A stretch of DNA of 64,000 nt. Origin: an uncultured Chthonomonadaceae bacterium (GTDB lineage Bacteria > Armatimonadota > Chthonomonadetes > Chthonomonadales > CAJBBX01). The position numbers and the translations under genes are program-made. The DNA lies in contig CAYSDM010000001.1 of NCBI GenBank assembly GCA_964429855.1, positions 106,240-170,239 of the forward strand. The letters run 5' to 3'. Position 1 is the first letter of the stretch. Each line of letters opens with the position of its first letter. The notes under the pieces were generated by a model, which saw only the letters and a list, made by a program, of their open reading frames with translations, did no database searches and was not told where the DNA came from. This document shows, piece after piece, positions 37,355 through 46,735 of this stretch.

Positions 37355-39268
37355 TCATTCGGTTGAATTCTGAGGTCGGAGCCAGGAGCCTGTCCGCGAA
37401 TCGCGCTCTATCCAGGTGCGTATTCCGCTGGAGTGAACCTCCCGACGAGCGATCCCGCCGGTTGGATGACCGTAGTAGTACTGGAAAACCAGATTTTCCG
37501 GAATCTGCGCTGCGGGAGGGGACTCTGCTCCGTTCGCTCCCTTCTCGTTCGTCCGATACTCCAGCCGCAGTCCCGCCATTTGCAGTCCCTCCGGGGTAGG
37601 CATCAGGATCGGGCGTGAATTTGGCGGGAGCCAGTAGCGTCCGGTCGTGAACCGTTTTCCGGTCGCGATCTCAACAAACAGCCTCTGCTGTGGCTCGGAA
37701 AATCGGGTCATGAGGACGCCCTGCTTGCTGAAGGCGTCGCTGCGCACAGGCGGCGAAAGGGAGCCGACAAATCGCCAGTGCAGCCGCAGGTCCGCGTTCT
37801 GCACAATCCACCAGTCCAGCAGCCCGTAGCGCGCCAGCGCAAGCTGCATATGCTCCGGCGGCAGAAACATATCGTCGGGAAGCTGCGCGATCTCCATCAG
37901 ATCATTCACCGTCTGCCGACCGTTTTTCTGTCGATTCGCCTCCCAGCCCGCAAACAGACGGTTCGGGATGTGCTGCGGGCGGTCAAAATGCCAGCTAAGG
38001 CTGCGGAATGTGATCCAGCCCTCTTCCAGATTCCACCGTGAGCGCATCCGGTCACCGATCCGGTTGAGCGCGTCAAAAAGAGAACGGTCTTTGACATCCA
38101 GCAGACCCTTCTGATAGAGCTGCATACTGTAGCAGTCTCCGATCAGATCGCGCCCGCAAGCCTGATGGAGCGCGGCAAAGAGATCGGCGGAGGTAATATT
38201 CCAGTCCGCAACCGGCTGTCGTTTCGCCTCGCGCAGATCGAGCGAGGGAAAACCGGTCACCGGCTGAACCGTTACACGGGGACGAAGGGAGGCGTCTCCG
38301 GCGAATCGGGCATTGAAGGCGGCGTTGCGCGGAGACTGGAAACTGGTTCCCTCTGCGGACAGTATGGCGGAGGCAAGGGGACGAAACTCTCGATTTTCGC
38401 CGGGAATCTGCAGCGATACGCCGCAGCGAAGCGAGATACGCCCCGGACTCGCCTCCTGCAGCCGCAGTTCAACGGAGGCGCGAATGCCGGGAATGGCGGC
38501 GGGTGGCAGACCGCCGGGCAGGGACTGATGGGTGCTGAGAGAGTAGCCGTTCTCTTTGAGCACAATCGAGGTGTTCTGCTGGGTCTGAAGCACCCCGCGC
38601 TCCATCTCCGGAGAGATTGGATGCGCTCCCTCCATCGGTCCGAAGATGACGGCGGAGCCTTTCAGTAGGGCGGTCTTATCGTCGGGAGTTAACTGATCGA
38701 AAAGCTGCACCAGCGCCCAGGTGGTTCCGCTCATCTTCTCCAGGTTGGGCTTCTCTTCCGGGGCGACGGATTTTACGCGTTCCCAGGCTTCTATCGGAGA
38801 GAGATTTTTATATTTTCGAAACGCCTCGATACCGCGATCAAGATTGTTCAACGCCTCTAGCAGACTGCGCTGCCGAAGCTCCTCCTCCTCCTTTTGCGCG
38901 CGCCGCTCCTGAATCAGTTCATAACGGTATGCTCCCGGCGCGCCATCGCGCGTCCAGGTGAAGTGAAAATGGCGCGTGATCTGCAGCATGATGTCGCGGA
39001 GCGCCCTCTCCTTGCAGAAAAGGGCGATATTATCGTCGGCGACGCTGTGCCCGGCAGTGAAGGCGATCCCGGTCTGCGCGCTGAGGGCGCGGCAGAAGTC
39101 GGCGAATGAGTCGCACTTCACGGACAACGTGATCTTTTTCGACAGCCGCGAGTCCTGCGCCGCCATCTTCTTAAACTCATCCGTATAGTTCTGTGCAAAG
39201 ACAGCGTTTCCGGCGATACAACCGAAAACCAGAGCGAAAAGAGCGTACCTCCCTCTCTGCATATCCAT
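37355..39268 (-). CDS. Secreted hypothetical protein (637 aa)
   Basis: Signal-like N-terminus (ALFALVFGCIAGNAVFAQ) and coding-like composition throughout. No family recognised. Confidence 0.7.
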   Translation of the reverse strand: MDMQRGRYALFALVFGCIAGNAVFAQNYTDEFKKMAAQDSRLSKKITLSVKCDSFADFCRALSAQTGIAFTAGHSVADDNIALFCKERALRDIMLQITRHFHFTWTRDGAPGAYRYELIQERRAQKEEEELRQRSLLEALNNLDRGIEAFRKYKNLSPIEAWERVKSVAPEEKPNLEKMSGTTWALVQLFDQLTPDDKTALLKGSAVIFGPMEGAHPISPEMERGVLQTQQNTSIVLKENGYSLSTHQSLPGGLPPAAIPGIRASVELRLQEASPGRISLRCGVSLQIPGENREFRPLASAILSAEGTSFQSPRNAAFNARFAGDASLRPRVTVQPVTGFPSLDLREAKRQPVADWNITSADLFAALHQACGRDLIGDCYSMQLYQKGLLDVKDRSLFDALNRIGDRMRSRWNLEEGWITFRSLSWHFDRPQHIPNRLFAGWEANRQKNGRQTVNDLMEIAQLPDDMFLPPEHMQLALARYGLLDWWIVQNADLRLHWRFVGSLSPPVRSDAFSKQGVLMTRFSEPQQRLFVEIATGKRFTTGRYWLPPNSRPILMPTPEGLQMAGLRLEYRTNEKGANGAESPPAAQIPENLVFQYYYGHPTGGIARREVHSSGIRTWIERDSRTGSWLRPQNSTE

Positions 39269-39417
39269 ACCTCGCGCCTGTGATTTCTTCCCACGATATC
39301 CTGTGTAGGAAGGATACCGAACAGCCGATAGCTTGCTCTATTGTAGAGCAGATTGGCGCGCTCTGCAAGCGTGCGTCGTGTATTCACACGGGGAAAGGAT
39401 GGTAAAATAGACGTGTT

Positions 39418-41367
39418 ATGAGTCTGTTGACCGTGAATAATCTGGAAAAGGCGTTCGGCGGCGACGTGATCTTTTCGGGGATCGGATTCCGCCTGAACTG
39501 GCGGCAGAAGCTGGGACTGGTCGGGCGAAACGGCTGCGGCAAGACCACGCTGCTGCGTATCCTGACCGGACAGATGGAGGCGGATCGCGGCAGCGTCAGC
39601 TATGCGCGCGGCGTTCGGTTCGGCTATCTTCGGCAGGAGCAGATGGTCGAGCACGGCTGGACGGTGCGGCAGGAGGCGGTGGACGCCTTCGCGCCGGTGC
39701 TGGCGATGGAGCAGCGGCTGCTGGAACTGCAACAGGCGATGGCGGAGGCGCAGAGCGAAGATCATCTTCAGGCGGTCATGGAGGAGTATGGCTTGCTGCA
39801 TGACCGCTTCGAGGCGATGGGCGGCTATGAGAACCTCCGCGATATTCCGCAGGTGCTTCGACGCCTCGGTTTTGGCGAACAGGATCTGGATAAGCCGACG
39901 GCGCGACTCTCCGGGGGAGAGAAGACCCGGCTGGCGCTGGCGAAACTGCTGCTCTCCGCGCCGGATGTGCTGCTGCTGGATGAGCCGACCAACCATCTGG
40001 ATATGCAGGCGACCGAGTGGTTGGAGGATTTTCTGCACGATTTCGGAGGCGCGGTCATTCTCGTCTCGCATGACCGCTACTTTCTGGATCGCGTCGTAAC
40101 CACCGTTGCCGAACTGCAGAATGCAAAGCTGACGCTCTATAACGGCAACTTCAGCGCGTACTGGATGCAGAGGGAAGCCAATCGCGCGCGTCAGACGGAA
40201 CTGCATGAGCGCGAGCAGCGCGAGATCGCCCGACTGACCGAGTTTTTCGAGAAATGGAAGAACACCCCCTCCAAAAAGAGTCAGGCGGTTATGCGGCTGC
40301 GCTGGGCAGAGCGTATTCGCGCCAGCATGACCGAGCTTCCCGATTCGTCCGGCAAGAGCATGAAGGCGAGCGTCAAGCCGAAGACGACCAGCGGCAACGA
40401 GGTGGTGATCGCGGATCGGCTGACCAAACGTTTCGGAGACCGCACGCTGTTTGAGGATGTGAACCTGCTGATCTGGCGCGGGCATCGGGTCGGCGTGGTG
40501 GGACCCAATGGCGCGGGGAAGTCCACTTTTATTCGACTACTGCTGGGGAAGGAGCAGCCGACCTTCGGGCATCTGCGGCTGGGAGCCAGCGTGACGGTGG
40601 GCTACTTCGCGCAGGAGGCGTCGGAACTGGACCTGGAGGCGACGGTGCTGGAGAATATGCTGCAGGTGGCGGAGATGCAGCCGATAGAGGCGCGCACGCA
40701 TCTGGGCAAGTTTCTCTTTACCGGGGACGATGTGTTCCGCACGGTATCCGATCTCTCCGGCGGCGAGAAGAACAAGCTGGCGCTGGCGCAGTTGACCTAT
40801 CTTCGCCCCAATCTGCTCATTCTGGACGAACCGACCAATCACCTGGACATCGATTCCCGCGAGGCGCTGACCCGGATGCTGACTCAGTATGAGGGAACGC
40901 TGATGCTCGTTTCCCATGACCGTTATCTGCTGGATCAGGTGACCAATAAGACGCTGGAGATCGCGGACGGAAAGGCGACCTTCTTCGACGGACCGTATCG
41001 GGTCTATCGAGAGGAGAAACGACGTCTGAGCGAGGGGGAAGCCGTCGTCAAGCGAGAGGCTTCCCCGGAACCTCTGTCTCCAACACGGCAAGCGGATCGA
41101 AACCCGCTGACTGCCGGGATGAACTCCTTCCAGTTGTCCCGAGAGCGCAAACGCGCTGTAAAGACCGTATTGGAGACGGAGGCGCGCGTCTCGGAGACGG
41201 AAGACTGGCTGAAGCGGATTGAGGAGACGCTCTCCGCCCCGATGCCCGGCGACGATGTGGTGAAACTTGCCCGCGACTACGAGCGCGCCCAACGCGAGCT
41301 TGAGGAGGCGCTCAAAGTCTGGGAGGAGGCGGTGGAGTACGCCCAGAATATCGGAGCGAATGTGTAG
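39418..41367 (+). CDS. ABC-F family ATPase (two ABC domains, no TMD; translation-associated type)
   Basis: Two Walker A motifs (GRNGCGKTT, GPNGAGKST), two signature motifs (LSGGEKTRL, LSGGEKNKL) and a C-terminal coiled-coil tail. Confidence 0.95.
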   Translation: MSLLTVNNLEKAFGGDVIFSGIGFRLNWRQKLGLVGRNGCGKTTLLRILTGQMEADRGSVSYARGVRFGYLRQEQMVEHGWTVRQEAVDAFAPVLAMEQRLLELQQAMAEAQSEDHLQAVMEEYGLLHDRFEAMGGYENLRDIPQVLRRLGFGEQDLDKPTARLSGGEKTRLALAKLLLSAPDVLLLDEPTNHLDMQATEWLEDFLHDFGGAVILVSHDRYFLDRVVTTVAELQNAKLTLYNGNFSAYWMQREANRARQTELHEREQREIARLTEFFEKWKNTPSKKSQAVMRLRWAERIRASMTELPDSSGKSMKASVKPKTTSGNEVVIADRLTKRFGDRTLFEDVNLLIWRGHRVGVVGPNGAGKSTFIRLLLGKEQPTFGHLRLGASVTVGYFAQEASELDLEATVLENMLQVAEMQPIEARTHLGKFLFTGDDVFRTVSDLSGGEKNKLALAQLTYLRPNLLILDEPTNHLDIDSREALTRMLTQYEGTLMLVSHDRYLLDQVTNKTLEIADGKATFFDGPYRVYREEKRRLSEGEAVVKREASPEPLSPTRQADRNPLTAGMNSFQLSRERKRAVKTVLETEARVSETEDWLKRIEETLSAPMPGDDVVKLARDYERAQRELEEALKVWEEAVEYAQNIGANV

Positions 41368-41443
41368 ACTGTTTCGTACAGCCTGTACAGGCGCAGCGCA
41401 AGCCTGCGCGCAGACACAGGACGAATACCAACATGAGGCAGAA

Positions 41444-42013
41444 ATGACGATACCGAGGGTTGAACTGGAAGTGCCGGAAGACATTCGGCGACGCTGGGAG
41501 GAGCGCGGCGATCCGATTGTCAAGTATCCGGCAGAGGTGCTGAGGCGGGCGGCAAACCCGATAGAGAAGCCGACGGCGGCGACGCGTGAACTGGTAGAGC
41601 GGATGAAGTCGGCGATGGTGGAGGCGCGCGGCGTGGGGCTGGCGGCTCCACAGATGGGGGTCTCCGAAAGGGTTATCATCTATCAACTGCCGGAGGAAGG
41701 CGCGCCTCTGCGCGTCATTGTCAATCCCCGGATCATCTCCATGAAGGGGGAGCAGGTCGGTCCGGAGGGCTGTCTTTCGATTCCGATGCTTCAGGGGGAT
41801 GTGAAACGCGCCAATGAGATCGTGGTGCGCGGTGTGGATATGCTCGGTCGTCCGATCAAACGACGCGCCTCCGAATTCGAAGCTCGAATCATCCAGCATG
41901 AGGTAGATCATCTGGACGGCATTCTCTTCATGGATCGCGCCGAATCGGGAACGCTCTACTGGCATCTGCCCGGAGAGTCGGGAGAAGAAGAGGACGCCGC
42001 GCTGCACGAGTAG
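41444..42013 (+). CDS. def: Peptide deformylase
   Basis: GVGLAAPQ, EGCLS and QHEVDHLDG motifs. Start placed at ATG 41444 with GAGG upstream. The upstream part of the track ORF overlaps the ABC-F gene. Confidence 0.95.
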   Translation: MTIPRVELEVPEDIRRRWEERGDPIVKYPAEVLRRAANPIEKPTAATRELVERMKSAMVEARGVGLAAPQMGVSERVIIYQLPEEGAPLRVIVNPRIISMKGEQVGPEGCLSIPMLQGDVKRANEIVVRGVDMLGRPIKRRASEFEARIIQHEVDHLDGILFMDRAESGTLYWHLPGESGEEEDAALHE

Positions 42014-42142
42014 CGCGGCGCAAAAGGCTATAATGAAATAGCGCCTGGCGAAACAGCATTGAACCGCTCAGGCGAAGGCGCGCCTTCCGCGCTGATATGT
42101 CGCTGTACTCCACACACAACGCTCGAGGAGGAGATTTCAAAG

Positions 42143-43150
42143 ATGGCTCGACCCGTCACGCTATTTACCGGCCAGTGGGCCGATCTGCCGTTTGAGACCA
42201 TTGCAGCAAAAGCCGCGCAGTTTGGATACGATGGCATTGAACTGCCCTGCTGGGGCGATCACTTTGATGTGGGACTGGCGACCGGTCCCGATGCGGAAGC
42301 CTATTGCCGCTCTCGTCATGAGATCCTTGCCAGAAACGGCTTAAAGTGTTATGCCATCAGCAATCATCTGGTGGGACAGGCGGTGCTGGACATCATTGAT
42401 GAGAGGCATAAGTCCATTCTACCGCCCCATGTCTGGGGAGATGGCGACCCGGCGGGCGTCAACCAGCGCGCCGCCGAGGAGATGAAACGCACCGCGCAGG
42501 CGGCGAAGAATCTGGGCGTCAGCGTGGTCAACGGCTTTACCGGTTCCTCTATCTGGCATCTGCTCTACTCCTTCCCGCCGGTGCTGCCCGGACAGATTGA
42601 CGCCGGATATCAACTGCTCAACGAACGCTGGACGCCGATCCTGGATGTCTTTGCCGAGTGCGGCGTGAAGTTCGGACTGGAGGTTCACCCGACCGAGATC
42701 GCGTTCGATGTCGCCTCCGCGCAGCGCGCCGTAGAGGCTCTGAACGGTCATCCGCAGTTCGGCTTCAACTACGATCCCAGCCATCTGGGCTATCAGGGCG
42801 TGGACTATGTGCGGTTCATCTATGAGTTTTCGGATCGCATCTTCCATGTCCACATGAAGGATGTCTTCTGGTCGCCGGTGCCCAAACGCAGCGGCGTCTT
42901 CGGAGGACACCTGAACTTCGGCAACCCGGAGAGGTTCTGGGATTTCCGCTCCCTCGGACACGGCTCGGTGAACTTCGAGGAGATCATCCGCGCCCTCAAC
43001 CACATCAACTATCAGGGGCCGCTCTCCGTCGAGTGGGAGGACAGCGGAATGGATCGCGAGCATGGAGCGACCGAGGCGGCGGCGTTTGTCAAGCGCATTG
43101 ACTTCAAGCCGTCCGAGGTTGCCTTCGACGCGGCTTTTGCGGATAAGTAG
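42143..43150 (+). CDS. Sugar phosphate isomerase/epimerase (xylose-isomerase-like TIM barrel)
   Basis: Start at ATG 42143 after GAGGAGGAG. Pattern [11 protein letters not shown]..., LEVHPTE, HVHMKD, SVEWED. Confidence 0.85.
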   Translation: MARPVTLFTGQWADLPFETIAAKAAQFGYDGIELPCWGDHFDVGLATGPDAEAYCRSRHEILARNGLKCYAISNHLVGQAVLDIIDERHKSILPPHVWGDGDPAGVNQRAAEEMKRTAQAAKNLGVSVVNGFTGSSIWHLLYSFPPVLPGQIDAGYQLLNERWTPILDVFAECGVKFGLEVHPTEIAFDVASAQRAVEALNGHPQFGFNYDPSHLGYQGVDYVRFIYEFSDRIFHVHMKDVFWSPVPKRSGVFGGHLNFGNPERFWDFRSLGHGSVNFEEIIRALNHINYQGPLSVEWEDSGMDREHGATEAAAFVKRIDFKPSEVAFDAAFADK

Positions 43151-43186
43151 GCGCGACCCGTCCGACCGCTGCGCCAGAACACGACT

Positions 43187-43228
43187 GATTCCCTCCTTCT
43201 CCTTGCATGAAGGGGGGAATCGTTCTTA
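43187..43228 (+). terminator. Hairpin, possible terminator after the isomerase gene
   Basis: GATTCCCTCCTTC - 9 nt - GAAGGGGGGAATC (13-bp stem, one mismatch), then GTTCTTAC. The T-tract is weak. Confidence 0.35.
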
Positions 43229-43271
43229 CAGGGGGAAGCGTTGTTTCCCGGATGATAGTAAGGAGCTTTGA

Positions 43272-43853
43272 TTGAAGCATCTGTGTTTTCTGACTCTGCT
43301 CTTGCTCTTCGGAGGCTGCTCGCGCCCCCCGTCGGCGATGCCGGCTGCGCCTTCCGCCCCTGTCCGGGAGGCGTCGTCTCCCGCTCCGGATAGTCCGGTA
43401 CAGAAGCCTTCCAATCCATCCGGGGAGCAAAATACGGACTTCAATATCCATCGCCAGTATCAGCTTTCCACGCTGGAGCGAGTCACCATCAAGGCGGGAA
43501 AGCATTCGCTGAAGGTCTGGGTGATGGATACGGAGAGCAAGCGGATGGAGGGGATGATGTTCTTAAGCGACAGGGAGGTGAAGGAAGATGAGGGGATGCT
43601 CTTTGTCTTTGCCGCGCCGGAGCCGCTGGGTTTCTGGATGAAGAACACCTATATCCCCCTGGATATCGCCTACATGGACGCCAGAGGGCGTATCCTCAAC
43701 GTTGCGGCGATGAGACCTCTGGATGAGACATCCGTGCGAAGCCAGGGCGCGGCGAAATATGCGCTGGAGATGAAGCAGGGCGCGTTCAAACGGCTGGGAA
43801 TACGCGCCGGTATGCGCGTGGAGATTCCGAAGAGCGTGAAGGCAAAGGATTAG
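43272..43853 (+). CDS. DUF192-domain lipoprotein
   Basis: Lipobox LLFGGC. GMMF...MLFVF....FWMKNTYIPLDIAY.D..G.I...A.M.P is the DUF192 pattern. Confidence 0.85.
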   Translation: MKHLCFLTLLLLFGGCSRPPSAMPAAPSAPVREASSPAPDSPVQKPSNPSGEQNTDFNIHRQYQLSTLERVTIKAGKHSLKVWVMDTESKRMEGMMFLSDREVKEDEGMLFVFAAPEPLGFWMKNTYIPLDIAYMDARGRILNVAAMRPLDETSVRSQGAAKYALEMKQGAFKRLGIRAGMRVEIPKSVKAKD

Positions 43854-43868
43854 AAGAGGGCGGAGGTT

Positions 43869-44093
43869 TCAGGGTAACCGGGGATTGCTGCTGCCAAGCA
43901 GATAGAGAAGCCAGATGACTCCCGCCACGCCAATCAACGCCGCCACCTCGATGGCGACCAGAATCTTGTCCCATCTATGCCGCCGATCATGGGTGAAGTC
44001 GTCTATACAGGCGGGGCGCGGCGTGGCGCAGAGTTCCAGTTCTTCCCGAATAATGGGGTCCATGGGCGATATGTCCTGAATATGGCGAGACAA
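43869..44093 (-). CDS. Small C-terminally anchored membrane protein (74 aa), hypothetical
   Basis: One TM helix (ILVAIEVAALIGVAGVIWLLYLL). Plausible codon usage, but no homology signal. Confidence 0.4.
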   Translation of the reverse strand: MSRHIQDISPMDPIIREELELCATPRPACIDDFTHDRRHRWDKILVAIEVAALIGVAGVIWLLYLLGSSNPRLP

Positions 44094-44240
44094 TTGCGGG
44101 AGCCGGGGGCTGTATTGCTCCCGGCTCTCAAGTCATAAAGTTACAAAAGAACGGCGATAGCTTTTCCCGGAAGTTACATATTTATCATACCTAAATATTC
44201 GGGAGTTGTCTAGTAGATCATCAAGGTCGTTTGGAGGGAT

Positions 44241-44366
44241 GTCATTCACCGCGCAGCATGGCTGTCATTGTCAGCACATCCCGGCCGTCATTCTGATCGC
44301 AGCGCAGCCCGGCTGTCATGCTGAGCACATACTGTGCTGTCATTCTGAGCGAAGCGAAGAATCTTA
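44241..44366. repeat. Five tandem degenerate copies (23-28 bp) of a GTCATTCTGAGC-type unit
   Basis: Unit starts at 44241, 44264, 44287, 44315 and 44339 (GTCATTCACCGCGCAGC.., GTCATTGTCAGCACATC.., GTCATTCTGATCGCAGC.., GTCATGCTGAGCACATA.., GTCATTCTGAGCGAAGCGAAGAATCT). Intergenic location. Confidence 0.8.
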
Positions 44367-44466
44367 AGATGTGTCGCTGTGCTCGACATGATAGTCAGGC
44401 GATGCAGCCGTTCTACCTTGAAGGAGAACTAGAGAATAGGGGACACTTTTTACAGGAGAGGCGAGA

Positions 44467-45666
44467 CTATCGCGCCGGGGAGGCAGGCAGATCGTGGAGG
44501 AGAATGCGGTATGTCCAGAGCCAGAGGAAGTCCGGGGGAGGCGTCTCGAACGAATCGGCGACCGACAGCGCCAGCCGTAACCGCCTTTCATCGGTGACCC
44601 ATCCCCGCGCATCTCTGCCGAGTGCGGCGTTATGGTTGCGGCTCCATCCGGTTGTCTCCGCGCCGATGGTCGCCAGCACGCGCCAGGTTCCGCGACCGGC
44701 GCGCAGATCGTCCGCCATGATCTCCGCCACCTGAACATGGGAGGAGATAAAACCGGGAAATCGGCTGTCTGTGTGAAGCTCTCCCTCTTGCGTCATGTAG
44801 AAGCGTTTGCGAGAGGGGGAGTAGGCGAGGGAGATATTGCGGAGATAGCGGATCGGACTCCCCGCAGCGGTTGTCAGACCCGCGGAAGGCACTTGTATCG
44901 GCGGGCTGAGGCGCGGTCCGGCGTCCATATCGGATAGATCCGCCGTCACCATCTCCTGCCCCTTCGTCTCCTCCCCGCGTGTGTAGCACAGGAGAACCTT
45001 TCCGGCTTCATCCAGCGAGACGGCGGCAGGCTGTCCAACGCCCCAGTAGCGATAGACAGGCCAGCCGTTCAACTCGCCGATCTTGCCGCCGTCGGGGCAA
45101 TTGGTGTAGCGGATGATCGGCTTCGGGTACCGGGTCCAGGGACCCTCCAGACGGTTGGCGAAGGCGACTCCCACCTGATTATGCGTGCTGTTCTCCGCAT
45201 CGCATCCCAGGTAGAAGAGCGCGTAGCGCCATGTCTTGCCCTGAAAGCGGAAGCATCCCGCCAGCGCCTCCGGGTCGCAGATATGGCGGCTGTCCCAGTC
45301 GGCACGATTCCTGCCGGGTTCCAGCGCGACCTTCTCTTCTCCCCAGACCCATCGTGATCCCGTTCTGGTCGCAATGCGCAGGCAGAGGTAGTCGGTCACC
45401 TCTCCGGGCTTGCGGTTGGCGCAGTAGAACAGGAAGCGCCGTTGTCCACTCTCCTCTTCGATCAGACAGGGCGCATAGGTATATGTGCGTTCGCGTGGTT
45501 GAAAAGCCGGCTCCATGCGCGGGACCACCGCCTGATGGGGAGGACGTGGCAAAGAATGCCGTCGCGATAGTCCTGTCGGCAGCAGGCAGAGAAGCCCCGC
45601 CGACCAGAACAGCGCAGGCAGGGGGAGACGAGATCGCCGACGCTGCCTTCGCCTGCCCCGTGCCAT
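44467..45666 (-). CDS. Beta-propeller glycosidase-like protein (GH43/GH117/GH130-clan-like), family unassigned
   Basis: Start at ATG 45666, one nt after the upstream stop (TAAgATG). Arg-rich N-terminus plus a hydrophobic stretch. Patterns WDSRHICDPEAL and NQVGVAFANRLEGPW are typical of five-bladed propeller glycosidases. Confidence 0.65.
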   Translation of the reverse strand: MARGRRRQRRRSRLPLPALFWSAGLLCLLPTGLSRRHSLPRPPHQAVVPRMEPAFQPRERTYTYAPCLIEEESGQRRFLFYCANRKPGEVTDYLCLRIATRTGSRWVWGEEKVALEPGRNRADWDSRHICDPEALAGCFRFQGKTWRYALFYLGCDAENSTHNQVGVAFANRLEGPWTRYPKPIIRYTNCPDGGKIGELNGWPVYRYWGVGQPAAVSLDEAGKVLLCYTRGEETKGQEMVTADLSDMDAGPRLSPPIQVPSAGLTTAAGSPIRYLRNISLAYSPSRKRFYMTQEGELHTDSRFPGFISSHVQVAEIMADDLRAGRGTWRVLATIGAETTGWSRNHNAALGRDARGWVTDERRLRLALSVADSFETPPPDFLWLWTYRILLHDLPASPAR

Positions 45667-45667
45667 C

Positions 45668-46735
45668 TTACGATCGCTGTCCGTAACGCCACGCCTCATC
45701 ATACATGGCAAGGATGTTCTCTATCGGCGTATTGGGCTGAAGGTTGTGGCAAGGAGCCACAATATAACCTGTGCCGTCGTCTGCCAGAGTATCTATGCTG
45801 GCGCGCACCTCTGCACGCACCTCTTCCGGCGTTCCGAAAGGCAGAATGCTCTGGTTCTCGATGCCGCCGTGAAAGCAGATACGGTCTCCGAACTCCCGCT
45901 TCAGTTCCGCCCGATCCATGCCCGGACAGTTCCACTGGATCGGATTGAGGATATCTATTCCCATCTCGATCAGACGTGGCAGGAAGACCCGGCAGCTTCC
46001 GTCATCATGGTGGAAGACCTTGATGCCAAATGCATGGCACAGGTCTATGAAGCGCCGGTGATGCTGTGCATAGAATGTGTCGTAGATCTTCGGGCTGATG
46101 AGCGGACCGGTCTGGCTCCCCAGGTCATCGGTTACCTGCGCCACGTCAATCAAGCCGTCACACGCCTCGAAGGCGCAGCGGTGATGCTCATAGAAAAAGT
46201 CGCTGATACGACGTAGAATCTCATGCGTAAAGTCGGGATCGTCATACGGGTCCATCAACGAGCGTTCCAGACCGCGCAGGAGGTTGTGAAAGTAGAAGGG
46301 AGCCATGTAGCCGAATGTGACCAGATGCGTTTTGCGTCCCTCTTGCGCCTGAGCGCGCATAGAGGAGTAGTCGAACCAGTCTGCGCGTGGCCAGCAGTAA
46401 CGGTCCAGATCGTCTATGGTTTTCGCCTCCGCCAGCGGATAGAAGACCTGCTCATCGTAGACGCCGTCCGCGTAGGGAGTGCGCCGCATCACCATGCCCC
46501 AGTAGTTCGCGCTCTCTCCCGGACCGACGGCGGGCGGCGCGGGACCGCAGTAGTCTGGTGCGATCGCGCGCATCCCGTCAATGTGCAGCGCCGCCATGAT
46601 ATCAGTTCCATCGCCGAAGTGGGCGCGCAGCTTCTCCCAGACCTCGCCAGTCGCCCAGATGTCGGTCGGAATACGATCTACCGGCTTGCGTTCGATGGCG
46701 GCGAACATTCGCTCCCGTGAATTCATCGCCTCCAT
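45668..46735 (-). CDS. Uroporphyrinogen decarboxylase (URO-D) superfamily protein
   Basis: MNSRERMFAAIERKPVDRIP.. N-terminus, ..DDLGSQTGPLISP..Y, HHDDGSCR..L..L.E.GIDILNPIQ, and a URO-D/MtaA-like C-terminus. ATG 46735 overlaps the upstream stop as TGATG. Confidence 0.8.
   Translation of the reverse strand: MEAMNSRERMFAAIERKPVDRIPTDIWATGEVWEKLRAHFGDGTDIMAALHIDGMRAIAPDYCGPAPPAVGPGESANYWGMVMRRTPYADGVYDEQVFYPLAEAKTIDDLDRYCWPRADWFDYSSMRAQAQEGRKTHLVTFGYMAPFYFHNLLRGLERSLMDPYDDPDFTHEILRRISDFFYEHHRCAFEACDGLIDVAQVTDDLGSQTGPLISPKIYDTFYAQHHRRFIDLCHAFGIKVFHHDDGSCRVFLPRLIEMGIDILNPIQWNCPGMDRAELKREFGDRICFHGGIENQSILPFGTPEEVRAEVRASIDTLADDGTGYIVAPCHNLQPNTPIENILAMYDEAWRYGQRS

Noticed and set aside
44241-44366. 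Possible CRISPR array (repeated GTCATT units)
   Set aside because: The units are contiguous, degenerate and 23-28 bp long, with no unique spacers between them. There are no cas genes in the window. I classify it as a tandem repeat.
44318-44734. A 138-aa ORF (..VILSEAKNL..) across the repeat block
   Set aside because: It is generated by the repeat array and then runs antisense into the 3' end of the beta-propeller gene. There is no SD and no motifs.
45560-45711. A twin-arginine (Tat) signal on the beta-propeller protein (MARGRRRQRRRSRLPLPALF..)
   Set aside because: The segment is Arg-rich but lacks the S/T-RR-x-F-L-K consensus. The upstream extension to 45711 would overlap the preceding gene. 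I leave it as an uncertain N-terminal signal.
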